Shown piece by piece: positions 41,245 to 51,583 of a DNA stretch of 64,000 nt. The notes below the pieces were generated by a model. The model saw only the letters and a list, made by a program, of their open reading frames with translations. It did not search any database and was not told the origin of the DNA. The stretch lies in NCBI GenBank assembly GCA_963799845.1, contig CAWCYI010000006.1:384001-448000 (forward strand), in the 5' to 3' direction. Source of the DNA: an uncultured Nitrososphaerota archaeon (GTDB taxonomy: Archaea > Thermoproteota > Nitrososphaeria > Nitrososphaerales > CADDZS01). Position 1 is the stretch's first letter, and each line of letters starts with the position of its first letter. The position numbers and the translations under genes were made by a program.

Positions 41245-41994
41245 GTGGCCAGGATAACATCTAGAATTCATTCTCTAGATGGACTTGAGCATCCTTTCGG
41301 AATCTACATCACTCCTTACATAGTTGAAGAAGGCCCGAAGGACCTTACCCTGATTGATACCTGCTTTGCTGCGACAGCAACGAAGCTTACAAGTTGCATT
41401 CAAGACGAGGGATACGAGCTAAAACATGTGAAACGGCTGATTCTGACTCACTGTCATATTGATCATACTCAGGCCGTCGGAGAAATAGTGAGATTAACTG
41501 GAGCGCCAGTTTACTCTCATTGGTCAGAAGCAGGTTACCTGAATAATAATCCTCTTTATCATGGTCCTCCTTCGCATCAAACTATCGCGAACATTCTCGA
41601 TAAACTTGGGATAAGGCTGGATGATGTAACTAAGAAGTTCGGAAGCCTAGCCCGTGACCCGATTCCTGTCGATCATTTGTTGAGCGATGGCGACAAAATG
41701 GGGCGGTTGCAAGTAATTCATACACCGGGACACACACCGGGACACATTTCACTTTACTCAGAAGAGGACCGTGCTGTGATTGGAGGTGATTTTTTGTTTA
41801 AAGGTATACTGGGTGAGCACGGTCTCTTTGTGGTACCTGAAGTTACATTAGATAGAACCGTCGCAGGAATTTCAGCGCGCAGGGTCTCGAAACTCCGCTT
41901 TGACAAGCTTCTATTGGGACATCAAGATGAGCCACTGATCGACAAATCCGCCCCAGAAGCTGTGGCAAAAGCCGCGAATCTTCTACTTCAGTAA
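41245..41994 (+). CDS. MBL-fold metallo-hydrolase
   Basis: THCHIDH and HTPGHTPGH motifs. Confidence 0.88.
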   Translation: MARITSRIHSLDGLEHPFGIYITPYIVEEGPKDLTLIDTCFAATATKLTSCIQDEGYELKHVKRLILTHCHIDHTQAVGEIVRLTGAPVYSHWSEAGYLNNNPLYHGPPSHQTIANILDKLGIRLDDVTKKFGSLARDPIPVDHLLSDGDKMGRLQVIHTPGHTPGHISLYSEEDRAVIGGDFLFKGILGEHGLFVVPEVTLDRTVAGISARRVSKLRFDKLLLGHQDEPLIDKSAPEAVAKAANLLLQ

Positions 41995-42165
41995 CAGAAG
42001 TAGTGTCCGCTGAAAGTCAGGCTGCTAATCCAGTTAGCTGCCAGATTCCGTGGGATAGCCGATTGTTTCCACTCCGACTTTTGGACCACCGACAACGACA
42101 AGAGTTGACCGTGTGGGTATCTCGCTTTCGAGAAATTTGTCGAGTGGAGACAGACCATGCGATTT

Positions 42166-44137
42166 TTACGAAACCAACTCGCTATGGCTTGATCGAAAGG
42201 CGTCATCAGTCCAAAGCCCTTCGAACCAAGGATAGATCTTGAAAAGAAATCCAGGCTCCACCTCTCCGTCGACGCGCGCCTTTTCAAGCCACAAGGAGCA
42301 CTTTTCATTCATCCCCAATGCAAGGTAGATACTCGCGACCGTAGCCATCTCATAAGAATCTCTAGCGGCCTTTTCAAGCTCAGCTATCAAGTGAAGGGAC
42401 TCAGTTTGAATCTTTGCTTTCGCGTATGCAAAAGCCAGGGCTGGCTTTCCGACAGGTAGGTGCCCAATGGTCGACTTGATTACCTCTATGCCTTCTTCGA
42501 ACCTTGATTTTTCTACGTAGGTGAGTCCAAGCCGGAGATTTACAGGCAAGTAGTTTGGTTCAATTTCTCGATAGTTCTCGAGCTCCGCGATTACTTTATC
42601 CATCTGCCCCGCCATGTAATATACCAAGCCTAATGTAAAAAACGTCGTCGGAGAAAGCGGGTCAAGCTCCCTCGCTCTCTCGGTTTCCATGATGGCTTCG
42701 TCGTATCTGCCTAAAGTAGCAAGCATCTGGGCGTAAAAATGATGTGCCGTCGAATAGTTTCCGTTCAGCTCGATTGCGCGCTTGAATTCTCTTTCGGCTT
42801 CCACCGGTTCGTTGCATAATGCAAGACTGATCCCAAGTGAATTGTGAGCTTCTGCAAGACTCTCGTCCAATTCAACCGACTTCAAAGCGGCACTTCTATA
42901 CTTTGCAAAAGTCTCTTTTTGCGTCGCATGTCCGTACACTACTGAGGCAATGTAGCAATCGGCGAGTCCTGAGTACGCAAATGCATAATTTTCGTCTCTT
43001 TGAGTTGCAAGTTTGAAAAACTCGATTGCCCTAGAAAGTCCTTCGTTGGTCCTCTGCCTCCAGAAGAATCGACCCTTGAGATACAAGTTGTGAGCTTCGC
43101 TGTCATTCGTCGCAATTCTCTGAATCTGATTTTTCTCCCCTTGCAGCAGTTGAACCCTCAAGGAATCGGCGACTCTTTGCGCAATATCACTTTGAATTGC
43201 AAAGACGTCTTCCAGTTGTCTATCATAATTCTCGGACCAAAGATGTCCATCAGTTTTCGAATCGATTAGCTGAACGGCGATTCGAACGCGATTGCCAGAC
43301 TTTCGTACGCTTCCCTCTATTACAGAATCCGACCTTCAACTCTTTACCAATCTCAATTATTTTCTCCCCTGTGTTCTTGTATTGCATTGCCGACGTCCGA
43401 GAGATCACGTGCAGGCCGCTTATTCTTGAAATCGTAGAAATTAGTTCCTCGGTCATTCCATCGGTGAAATAATCATCTCCGCGATCGGAAATCATGTTTA
43501 CTAAAGGAAGAACCACAACGCGATGTTTGTCTAAAACAAATCTATCAGTCTCTGTTCCAATGTTCTGCGCTTCCCTTTTCCAGGGGAGGTCGACCTTGTA
43601 GATTTCAATAGGAAGCTCGACGTTTTTCAGCTCGCGCTTTCCAATACTGCTCAAAGGTAAGTCGAATTTGTTGATGATGTGATCGTATACTTGCTCTGAA
43701 ACACATATGCCTCCTGGCTCCGCAAATGGCTCAATTCTGGAGGCTACGTTGACGGCGTCTCCATAGACATCGGCTCCGAGATGAACGACATCTCCAAGAT
43801 GAATGCCTATACGAAGTATGATTCTCTTTTCATCGACTCGCAGGGAGTTTAATTCGCGCAACAATTGTTGAATATCAAGAGCACTCCTTACGGCTCCGAG
43901 CGCGCTCGGGAATTCAACCAGGAATGCATCACCAATCGTTTTGATTTCTACTCCGCGATGTTTTGAAAACAGTGGACGCAGGAGGTTTCTATGTTCCTCG
44001 AGTAATTCAAGCGCCAGATTCTCATTTCTTTGGGAAAGAGAAGTGAAGCCTACAATATCGGTGAACATTATAGCCATAAGTTTTCTTCCGTCTTCGTTTT
44101 CTGTCAACTTGAGGCTATCATCTTTCTTGGAGAACAA
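42166..44137 (-). CDS. Class III adenylate cyclase + TolB-N-like + TPR protein, frameshift at ~43325
   Basis: MFTDIVGFT, KTIGDA and DVYGDAVNVASR; VLPLVN..DYFTDGMTEELI; TPRs in ORF 42166-43161. Confidence 0.9.
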
Positions 44138-44321
44138 CGAGGGTAATAAGTCCTATTTTGTTAATGGAGTCATTTCATACGCATCCCGGCAAACAAAATG
44201 AAGCCTTCATTGAAACTGGTTTCTATTGCTTTCTCTTTCCGTTTTCTGATAACTATCTCTAGCCTTTAGAGTAAGGGATCGTGGCATATCTTTCTAATCG
44301 AGCAACAGAATCCTACTAATA

Positions 44322-44771
44322 TTGCTTAGTGAAGCAGGTAGTCAGATCTTGAAAGATAAACTGTTTTCACTTTCACTTCTCGTTGGCGGATTAATTCCCC
44401 CGACCCTAATAATAATCTGGGGTGAATTGAGCGAGTTCAATGTCAACTTGTGGTTTCTTCCTACGGTCAATGTACCTGCCAGTTATTTGGTCTTCGGACA
44501 ATTTCTTATTGGAACGTATTATCTAATTTCCCCAGTACTAATCCTATCGTTTCTTCGAAAAACCGTCTTCAGCAACGATAGCTCGAGGTTTCTAGTGCTA
44601 ATTGTAGTAACCGTTTTTTCCTACGGTTTGCTTCGTTACGCAGAATTTCTCTATGATACCAGGGGCCCGCCAGTCTTTGATCCGTTTGGAAATTTCTTTC
44701 CATTGGCGTTTTGGAGTCTGCCACTAATTTCGACTGCCGCGGCTTCTTTGATTCTCAGTGCCAAGTCTTGA
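44322..44771 (+). CDS. Hypothetical four-TM membrane protein
   Basis: Four hydrophobic segments. Confidence 0.5.
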   Translation: MLSEAGSQILKDKLFSLSLLVGGLIPPTLIIIWGELSEFNVNLWFLPTVNVPASYLVFGQFLIGTYYLISPVLILSFLRKTVFSNDSSRFLVLIVVTVFSYGLLRYAEFLYDTRGPPVFDPFGNFFPLAFWSLPLISTAAASLILSAKS

Positions 44772-44855
44772 TTCGAAGTTTCATTTTTCTGGGCGAAGGT
44801 AAATTCGTCACGTCACGTTTCGCATTAATTACTCACAGAAGCGCACGGAAATAGT

Positions 44856-46235
44856 TCATGCTAAAAGTTCGTCGAGCGCACGAGTTTCTGCTTTCAAACC
44901 CTCTTCCATCGAGCACTGTTTCGAAGTTTCAAATCCCCGCTCTCCCATTGCGCGCGTCAATTCTTCATCGTGGAGAAGGATCGACATCTTCGAGGCAAGC
45001 GTCTGGGTGTCGTCAGGATCAACCAGCATTCCGTTTTTACCATCCTCGATCAGTTCCGCGACGCCAGCCTGATTGGTGACGACGGACGCCTTTGAGTGCA
45101 GCCAGCTCTCAACCACGACGAGGCCAAAACCCTCCTTAACCGAGGGGAGAACCGTGAACCGACATCTTTCGTACATAGAGTCGAGTTCCTTCTGGCTCAG
45201 GTGTCCCGCGAAAACTACCTTGTCTTGAATACCCATGTCTTTCGCAAGAGTTTCCAAGTTCTCTCGCCAGACTGAAGATTTCGAAAGTCCCAGCCCTCGA
45301 CCGGAACCCGAAAAGCTTCCGTTTCCCACGAACATCATCTTGATATTGGGAAATTCATTCGTCAGGAGTGAAATTGCCCTTATGGCTCGGTCTTGACCTT
45401 TCATGGGGTCCATTCTCCCGACCGACAGGACAACGTCATCCTGGCCTGATATCCCCAACTTGTTGCATGCCTCATTGACCTCCTGACTTGTTGGCTGCGA
45501 ATATTCTGTCGGATCTATGAAGGGGTATATCTTCCTCACCCGGCCTTCGTAGCCAAAGGATTTCAGGGACGTGAGATATTTTGTACTGCTGACAATTACC
45601 ATGTCGTAGTTGCTGAAATATGAAGAAAGCAGCGGTTTCCACTGACTTGGGATCATCGATTCATCAAACGGTATGTGCCATCTGAATATTTTCGGCTTCA
45701 GAGTGTTCAGCAATCTTCCCACAGGGAGCTGCTGGAAATCATGGATGTAAAAGAGATCAAAATCGAGTTTTGCGTCAAGTTTCGTAATCAGTTCAGCCGA
45801 TACCCTGTTGTAATATTCGAATTCCGAAAAATCGTCGCTCCAGAAGACGTCCTGCTGGGCCCGACTGTCGGAGTCTATTCCGTGGACGGCTCCCCAGATC
45901 GCCTCCTTTGTGTTTCCGTAGCCTGCGAGCCGATCTTTTTCGAGGGACACGTGATGGAGCGTTATTCCGCCCACCTTGACAGTTGACGGCCCGTTGGGAT
46001 TCAACGATATCCAGTGGGCGTCTTCCAAAGTTCCATCCTTCAACATTCTATTGATTAGAGGAAAGACCATTCGAGTCAGACCACCCACTGAAAATCTGTA
46101 GTCCAGATCCTCTTTGAGTGTCGATAAATTGGTCACTGCGGGCTCTTCGCCTGTTTCTCCAACCCGAGGAACTCTTTCCGTGAATTGGATAAGGGGCGTC
46201 TGAGTGTTAATGCAGATTTTCAGATTTCTGTTCAA
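44856..46235 (-). CDS. GT-B glycosyltransferase (GT4), trehalose(-6-phosphate) synthase-like
   Basis: SVGGL, IHDFQ, WHIPF, GRMDPMKG and EGFGLVVVE motifs. Confidence 0.85.
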   Translation of the reverse strand: MNRNLKICINTQTPLIQFTERVPRVGETGEEPAVTNLSTLKEDLDYRFSVGGLTRMVFPLINRMLKDGTLEDAHWISLNPNGPSTVKVGGITLHHVSLEKDRLAGYGNTKEAIWGAVHGIDSDSRAQQDVFWSDDFSEFEYYNRVSAELITKLDAKLDFDLFYIHDFQQLPVGRLLNTLKPKIFRWHIPFDESMIPSQWKPLLSSYFSNYDMVIVSSTKYLTSLKSFGYEGRVRKIYPFIDPTEYSQPTSQEVNEACNKLGISGQDDVVLSVGRMDPMKGQDRAIRAISLLTNEFPNIKMMFVGNGSFSGSGRGLGLSKSSVWRENLETLAKDMGIQDKVVFAGHLSQKELDSMYERCRFTVLPSVKEGFGLVVVESWLHSKASVVTNQAGVAELIEDGKNGMLVDPDDTQTLASKMSILLHDEELTRAMGERGFETSKQCSMEEGLKAETRALDELLA

Positions 46236-46645
46236 TCAATTTCACTCCAGAAGTTGAAAGGACGCAGATAAAATCAGGCCTTTGATACTGCCGTAGAGAT
46301 TATCTAACGGTTCGAGTATATCTGAGTTTTTGTCGAATCATTTGCACTTTTCCGAAAAATCGTTCAGTTCAAAGTGCATGAGAGAGTTTTTTGTTCCAAT
46401 TAGTTTTAGGGCACTTGTAAAAATACCGCACTTATTTCAGAATGGCTGGATCTTTATCCCTCCCGAAAATTATGCAGAAACGCAATTTTTTTCACCACAT
46501 TATACCAAAGAATTGACGCATATTGTCAAAGATAACTCGTTGTTTGTGAGTACATGCACGCATAAGATGAGCTACATCACAAGTAAATCGGGCATGCGTA
46601 AGACCTATAATGGCAAAATTCAGGTAGCTAGAAGTTGACAAGATT

Positions 46646-46930
46646 ATGACGAAATTACTCGCTTTTGTTCACATCTTTGTGGAATCACCGAAGATGGACG
46701 AAGTGGTGTGCGCTCTTCAAGGAATTCCAAATATCGAGGAATTGTGCGACGTAACCGGTGAATTTGATATCGTTTCTCTCGTTTCTGCGAGTGATATCGA
46801 TGAATTCAGGGACATTTTGAAAAACAGGATAATGAAAATAAGTGGGGTCAGAAGCACTGTTTCCTCAGTTGTGCTTCACCGGCACATTCGACCCAATATG
46901 CCAGAACTTGCAGCAGTGATACCTGCTTAG
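46646..46930 (+). CDS. Stand-alone Lrp/AsnC ligand-binding (RAM) domain
   Basis: AFVHIFV, VTGEFDIV and GVRSTVSSVV motifs. Confidence 0.85.
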   Translation: MTKLLAFVHIFVESPKMDEVVCALQGIPNIEELCDVTGEFDIVSLVSASDIDEFRDILKNRIMKISGVRSTVSSVVLHRHIRPNMPELAAVIPA

Positions 46931-46993
46931 ACCTGCAGTCCCTCAATTTTCAAATGTAAGAGCTTTTCCGGATACTGTCGTAAATTTCGGTAG

Positions 46994-47194
46994 CTAGGAT
47001 TCCCAACTGACAATTTTTTCGGGAGTTATTCTCAGGATGGGCGAGTCCGCTTCTTTCCAGGGATTTTCTCGATAATACTCCAATCTACCAGTCAGTACTT
47101 TAAGTACTCTTAGAAACTCTTTACCTCTTTCGAAAATTTCACAAGTACCGTGAATCATGACCCCCTTGTTCGGATCGATGGCGTCGATCGACAT
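46994..47194 (-). pseudogene. C-terminal fragment of a PNPOx-like protein
   Basis: NKGVMIHG...ILRITPEKIVSW with no N-terminal half. Confidence 0.6.
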
Positions 47195-47316
47195 TGCAAT
47201 TGCACAATTCTACACCCCATCAAAATCGCAAGAGGTGCAGACGGTAAGAGTTCGCCCATCATGGGCGCATACCATATTATCAATCATAGAAAACTATTTT
47301 TCTAACATTTCTCCAC

Positions 47317-47799
47317 ATGTTGCCGCTGGCGCTTCCATTGTATTCTCAACTGTCCGACATGGACAGGAAGGTGTTGAGATTGCTTGTTGATTCCGAGGGT
47401 AGCATCTTGACGCATGAAATATCTGAACAACTCGGTATGCCGATAAGCACCGTCCAAAGAAGAAGGAAGAGATTAGAGGAAGAATATCTCATCAAGCACT
47501 ACTCTTAAGATCCAGTTAAGTTCGGATGGAGAAAAGTTGACCTTCTAATTTACACTGAAGGTGGCGAGACGATGAATGTTGGGAAGGAATTGTTGAAGCG
47601 TGAAGAGGTAACCTACGCTGCAAGAACAATCGGAGAGCACACAATCGATTTGCGCATTGAAGTATTCGTAAGGGATAATGGCGTTTTGCTTGATCTCCTT
47701 GAGGATGTAAAGGCTATGAATGGAGTGAGAGACGTAGTCTGGACCGAGGTGGTAGAGACTATAGGAAGGAAGAATCCGCCGAATCATATTGTAATTTAG
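47317..47799 (+). pseudogene. Lrp/AsnC-type wHTH regulator with in-frame TAA at 47506-47508
   Basis: LSDMDRKVL..ISEQLGMPISTVQRRRKRLE, then HYS*DPVKFGWR continuing in frame. Confidence 0.8.
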
Positions 47800-47833
47800 G
47801 GCTCGATTGCCCTTTGACCCCTTCAGTATAATT

Positions 47834-48076
47834 TTAATTACACTTCAGAATCTTTCTTGCTTCTTCTTCGCTCGAAGCAACGTAGCGCGTGCATTGGGGA
47901 CAGTAGAAACGGATTTCAGGATTTCTTCTGAAAACGAGAACGTTCTTTCTACCCTTGCAGGAAAATGATCCGGCTTCGCTTCGAGAGTGATCTTTTGTCT
48001 CGTAAAAGTGTAATTCGTCAATCGGCTGTCCACACTTTGGACATGACGTCACCTCGATGATACACCTTTGTTCCAT
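47834..48076 (-). CDS. Small Zn-ribbon protein
   Basis: CPKCG...FYCPQC..EEEARKIL. Confidence 0.65.
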   Translation of the reverse strand: MEQRCIIEVTSCPKCGQPIDELHFYETKDHSRSEAGSFSCKGRKNVLVFRRNPEIRFYCPQCTRYVASSEEEARKILKCN

Positions 48077-48169
48077 TCGTTGTTATTATTGAGTTTATGG
48101 CTTTCGACTACCATCCAGAAGGAATTATGAGAATAAAAGACGCCAAAACCTCGTAACTGAGTGGAACGC

Positions 48170-48254
48170 AAAGGCCATGGACAGAGTTAAGGACGTAGTT
48201 TGGAGGAAGATAGTGGAGATAATTGGAAGGAAGATCCTCCAAATCATCTCATAA
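48170..48254 (+). pseudogene. Decayed paralogous copy of the 3' end of the Lrp gene (47709-47799)
   Basis: KAMDRVKDVVWRKIVEIIGRK versus KAMNGVRDVVWTEVVETIGRK; CCTCCAAATCAT versus CCGCCGAATCAT. Confidence 0.75.
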
Positions 48255-48433
48255 GAACATCTTGCAGATCATACCAGTTCTTAATTGCCAAAGAGATGAC
48301 TAAATCTACCATATACGACTCTCTTTACGGTTTTTTAACTTCGATAAAGAGGTTTTCGCGTCGCTTTTCTTGAAATTAGGGCACAAATTGAGCGACGTAT
48401 TTTCATAGGGACTATTTGTTTTGTTTATGGCTC

Positions 48434-48694
48434 ATGCAAATCGTCAGGGAAGTTAATCCGCAGTCGATATGCGAGAAACTTCTTACTCTGGACTCAAAAA
48501 TACTTTATTCAAGTTATCTGGACTCTGAGGGTCAAAGGGTAGGTGAGGCAACCAGTCGTCTGATAGGACTTTATGATAAGCTTACAATTATGACGTTAGC
48601 CGTTTCTTCCGGCAAGGGCGCATTGGTTTTGGCTGCTCCAATCGGGTCAAACTTGACCGAGATTGTTACGAAAGCAAAAAGTCTTAACTGCTGA
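48434..48694 (+). CDS. Small roadblock/profilin-like hypothetical protein
   Basis: ICEKLLTLDSKILYSSYLDSEG.RVG resembles small thaumarchaeal roadblock-like proteins (from memory). Confidence 0.5.
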   Translation: MQIVREVNPQSICEKLLTLDSKILYSSYLDSEGQRVGEATSRLIGLYDKLTIMTLAVSSGKGALVLAAPIGSNLTEIVTKAKSLNC

Positions 48695-48789
48695 ATCATA
48701 TATTACACAATGTCCTAAGCAGTGGACGCCTGCGATATTGATAATCGTCCTACTCGATCGCGATCTTCAGTCTAAGCTCGTATCTACAT

Positions 48790-48888
48790 CAATTTTCTTA
48801 ACCTGATAATTGCCGAAGGCATTGTCGAGCAGGTTCGAATAACGCATTCAATTTACTGTAATTGCTTTATTGCTTCTTGTATCAAAAG
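48790..48888 (+). repeat. Dispersed intergenic repeat, copy 1
   Basis: CAATTTTCTTA..TGATAATT..CAGGTTCGAATAA.GCA.TTCAATTTAC..TTTATTGC.TCTTGTA.CAA shared with 52268-52378. Confidence 0.8.
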
Positions 48889-49202
48889 TTGTATCAAAAA
48901 CTCTCCATCCCAGTCTAGTGAGTCTGATTGGAAGAAAGCTCGCGTTTGTCGCCATTACTTTGAGCGCAAGCAACCATTGATGCCAGAAAAATTATTGATT
49001 GTGAAACACGATTTGAACCATGAAGATAAAGTACGGTCTCTCTGAGTGGTCTGCGTTGCACAACCTGATGCTATCTCTTCAACTTTGAAGTCTGGACCGA
49101 CTTTTCAACCTGCAAATCAAATGATAGTACATCCTCTTAACCCGTCCAATTAAATAAGCAGGGTCAGAAAGCAGACTTGCCTGCTCGTCGAGCTTTCGTC
49201 AA

Positions 49203-49550
49203 ATGGAACAAAAAGAGCTTGCCAAAATAAGATGTACTGCTTGCCGGTCAGGCGAGCCGACCGTCACTTCCGAGGAAATCGCGCTGTTTCAGCCTCAAGT
49301 TATTGGTTGGTCAATAGTAGAGAGGGATGATATCAAGCGACTCGAGCGTGTTTTCAAATTCAAGGACTTCACCGAGGCCATGACTTTCACAAACAAGGTT
49401 GGTCACATTGCAGAAGAGGAAGGACATCATCCTTCGATACTAACTGAGTGGGGAAGAGTTACTGTCACCTGGTGAACGCACAGAATCAAAGGCTTGCACC
49501 GAAATGACTTCATTATGGCCGCCAAGACGGATCAACTGTTAACTGTTTGA
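49203..49550 (+). pseudogene. phhB: Pterin-4-alpha-carbinolamine dehydratase with in-frame TGA at 49473-49475
   Basis: AEEEGHHP, then [22 protein letters not shown]. Confidence 0.85.
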
Positions 49551-49724
49551 AAATATTACGCCCTGAAGGTAAAACGGATATGCAAGGTATTCTCTTCGCC
49601 CATTATGGAGAGAGCGTCAACGCCAGGTTGTAAGCGTCGTTCGCTTCACGATGTGTATTCCATCTCGCACTCCACTTTTTTACACTTCAATCTATTACAT
49701 AGGGTACTAAGAACCAAGGTAGAG

Positions 49725-50177
49725 TTAGGGATTACCCATAAGCAATTTTGTTGTCTTTTCATCGAAGTGGTATTTGACGCCGTACTTCTTACAAAAGTCA
49801 ATGATTTCTGGTAGCTTGTGCTGGACAGCCTCCAGTGTTTCTTGAGCCAACGGATCAGTGTCAATAAATTGAGTTTTCGTGCCAGTTGATAATTTGATTT
49901 TGAAAGTTCTCCCTTGCTTCTCAGTGTTAATCATGTTCGATGTCGTGGCATCTTTCTGCGAATTTTTGTCCGTCGAATTCCTCTCTGCAGAAGCGCGCAG
50001 GACCAACCATATTTCGTAATTCATGAAGGGCGAGACATTCACTCTGGGCTCGATTAATGATTGATGAGTCTCATGAGAAATCAGAATGCGACAGCTTCCC
50101 CTTCCCTCTTTGCATACACTCTCGAAGTATTCTGGAAGAGTTCGAGGCCTTCCAAAGAGCTTGTAGCTGAGTGTCAA
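49725..50177 (-). CDS. Hypothetical protein
   Basis: 150-aa ORF, no recognised motif. Confidence 0.45.
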   Translation of the reverse strand: MTLSYKLFGRPRTLPEYFESVCKEGRGSCRILISHETHQSLIEPRVNVSPFMNYEIWLVLRASAERNSTDKNSQKDATTSNMINTEKQGRTFKIKLSTGTKTQFIDTDPLAQETLEAVQHKLPEIIDFCKKYGVKYHFDEKTTKLLMGNP

Positions 50178-50462
50178 TCTGATAATGTTACCTCGAAACT
50201 ATTATCCACTACGCTGAAGTGATTTTCCCAATATCTTTCTGCGTTAATTAATGCCAGGGTGCTGATCAACTCCTCATCTCGACGAACTTTTTCACCTCTT
50301 CTCATGATGCTTCAATATTTTACCATATCTCGGATATCACTTCCGAAGAGACATGGTTTGGCTATCGAAATCTCCAGAAAAAGGAGCTTTGACAGGGGAT
50401 AAATGATTCATCTGTATATAGTAGACAGAATGATGTCTTGGAGTGGGATACCGAGCGATGTA

Positions 50463-50606
50463 ATGGTAAGTTCTGACTTTTGTGATATCTGCGGATCCGA
50501 TGAAGAAATAAGTTACTGCACGTTCCACAAGAAATTTCTTTGTTTGGCTTGCGATTGGAAATTACATTCCGTCGAAATCAAGCGGGCATACGAACTCTAT
50601 TGTTAG
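50463..50606 (+). CDS. B-box-like zinc-finger microprotein (47 aa)
   Basis: C-x2-C-x8-C-x2-H-x4-C-x2-C-D-x3-H; TATA-like TGTATATA at 50413-50420. Confidence 0.65.
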   Translation: MVSSDFCDICGSDEEISYCTFHKKFLCLACDWKLHSVEIKRAYELYC

Positions 50607-50620
50607 TAACAGATCAAGAA

Positions 50621-50857
50621 TTGACTACTCAGGCTTTCCTGCTGATCAATGTGGATCCTGGGACCCAAACGACGGTAACCAAGGAGTTGAAATCAATTCA
50701 AAAAGTCAGAGAGGTTTATCTTACGTATGGAGTCTACGATTTTATCGTAAAGATAGAGGCCGAAACGCAGGAGGAGCTCAAGGAAGTTATTACCTACCAA
50801 ATTAGAGCGCTGGGAAATGTTAGGACAACTCTTACAATGGTTTTTGCAGCGAAATGA
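50621..50857 (+). CDS. Stand-alone Lrp/AsnC ligand-binding domain
   Basis: AFLLINVDPG, TYGVYDFIVKI and VRTTLTM motifs. Confidence 0.88.
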   Translation: MTTQAFLLINVDPGTQTTVTKELKSIQKVREVYLTYGVYDFIVKIEAETQEELKEVITYQIRALGNVRTTLTMVFAAK

Positions 50858-51036
50858 AAACTAAGAACTAATCGCAATTTCAACGACTAGCAATTTCTGA
50901 TTCGCTAGATTATGAAAGCTGAAATTGAATACTGCCTTCAGGCCGTATGTAAGCCCTAAGAGTGTGAGTCGCCACTCATACTCCTAGTTTTGACATACAG
51001 CTATATGACTAGTCAGTTCACATTCTTGCGAAAATG

Positions 51037-51234
51037 CTAGACTTTTGTCAAGAGTGCTGTCATAACATCGTCGGCTTTTGCGTATCTTCCTTCGGGTAGA
51101 GTTTTTGAAACCCACTCTTTGTCTTCCGATGGAACATCGGACATGTTGTTGCAAGCCGCTACAACTTCATTTCTTGATGCCGGATACTGTACGTGATTCT
51201 TTAGGTGTCCTAATTCTTCTGATAGATTGCTCAT
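51037..51234 (-). CDS. DUF2795-like small helical protein
   Basis: YPASRNEVV and LPEGRY..ADDV motifs. Confidence 0.65.
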   Translation of the reverse strand: MSNLSEELGHLKNHVQYPASRNEVVAACNNMSDVPSEDKEWVSKTLPEGRYAKADDVMTALLTKV

Positions 51235-51583
51235 GATTAATCTATGTAAAGAAAGAGCCGCTTGCTTATAAGGCAGCTTTGTCGCAAATCGTGGCTTTCA
51301 CTGCTAAAGATGGTACTTCGATTCAAGAACCACCAAGTTACTGTGGATTAGGATGGCAAAATTGCCATAGTTGTCTTGAAGGATTCTCAGGCTCGGTTCA
51401 ATCAGTCGCAAAGCTTTGGAAGGCTTTTGAATCTCGCAGTACCTGGTCCAAATTAGTCAGCATCGTCATGGGTAGTTTCCGACATTCTTGAGAAAAACAT
51501 CTAATTACGAAAGACAAATAGAAGCAGGAAAAACAAAAGGAACGAGGAGATGCATTCAGAGGAAATGCATCTGTCCCTCTCGC

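Noticed and set aside
48829-48841. tRNA gene or att-site remnant (GGTTCGAAT)
   Set aside because: No T-stem, acceptor stem or cloverleaf; it does not match the 3' ends of the two tRNAs (GGTTCAAATCC)
49473-49475. UGA reassigned to Trp or selenocysteine
   Set aside because: Many genes here terminate at TGA, and this position is a conserved Trp, not Cys
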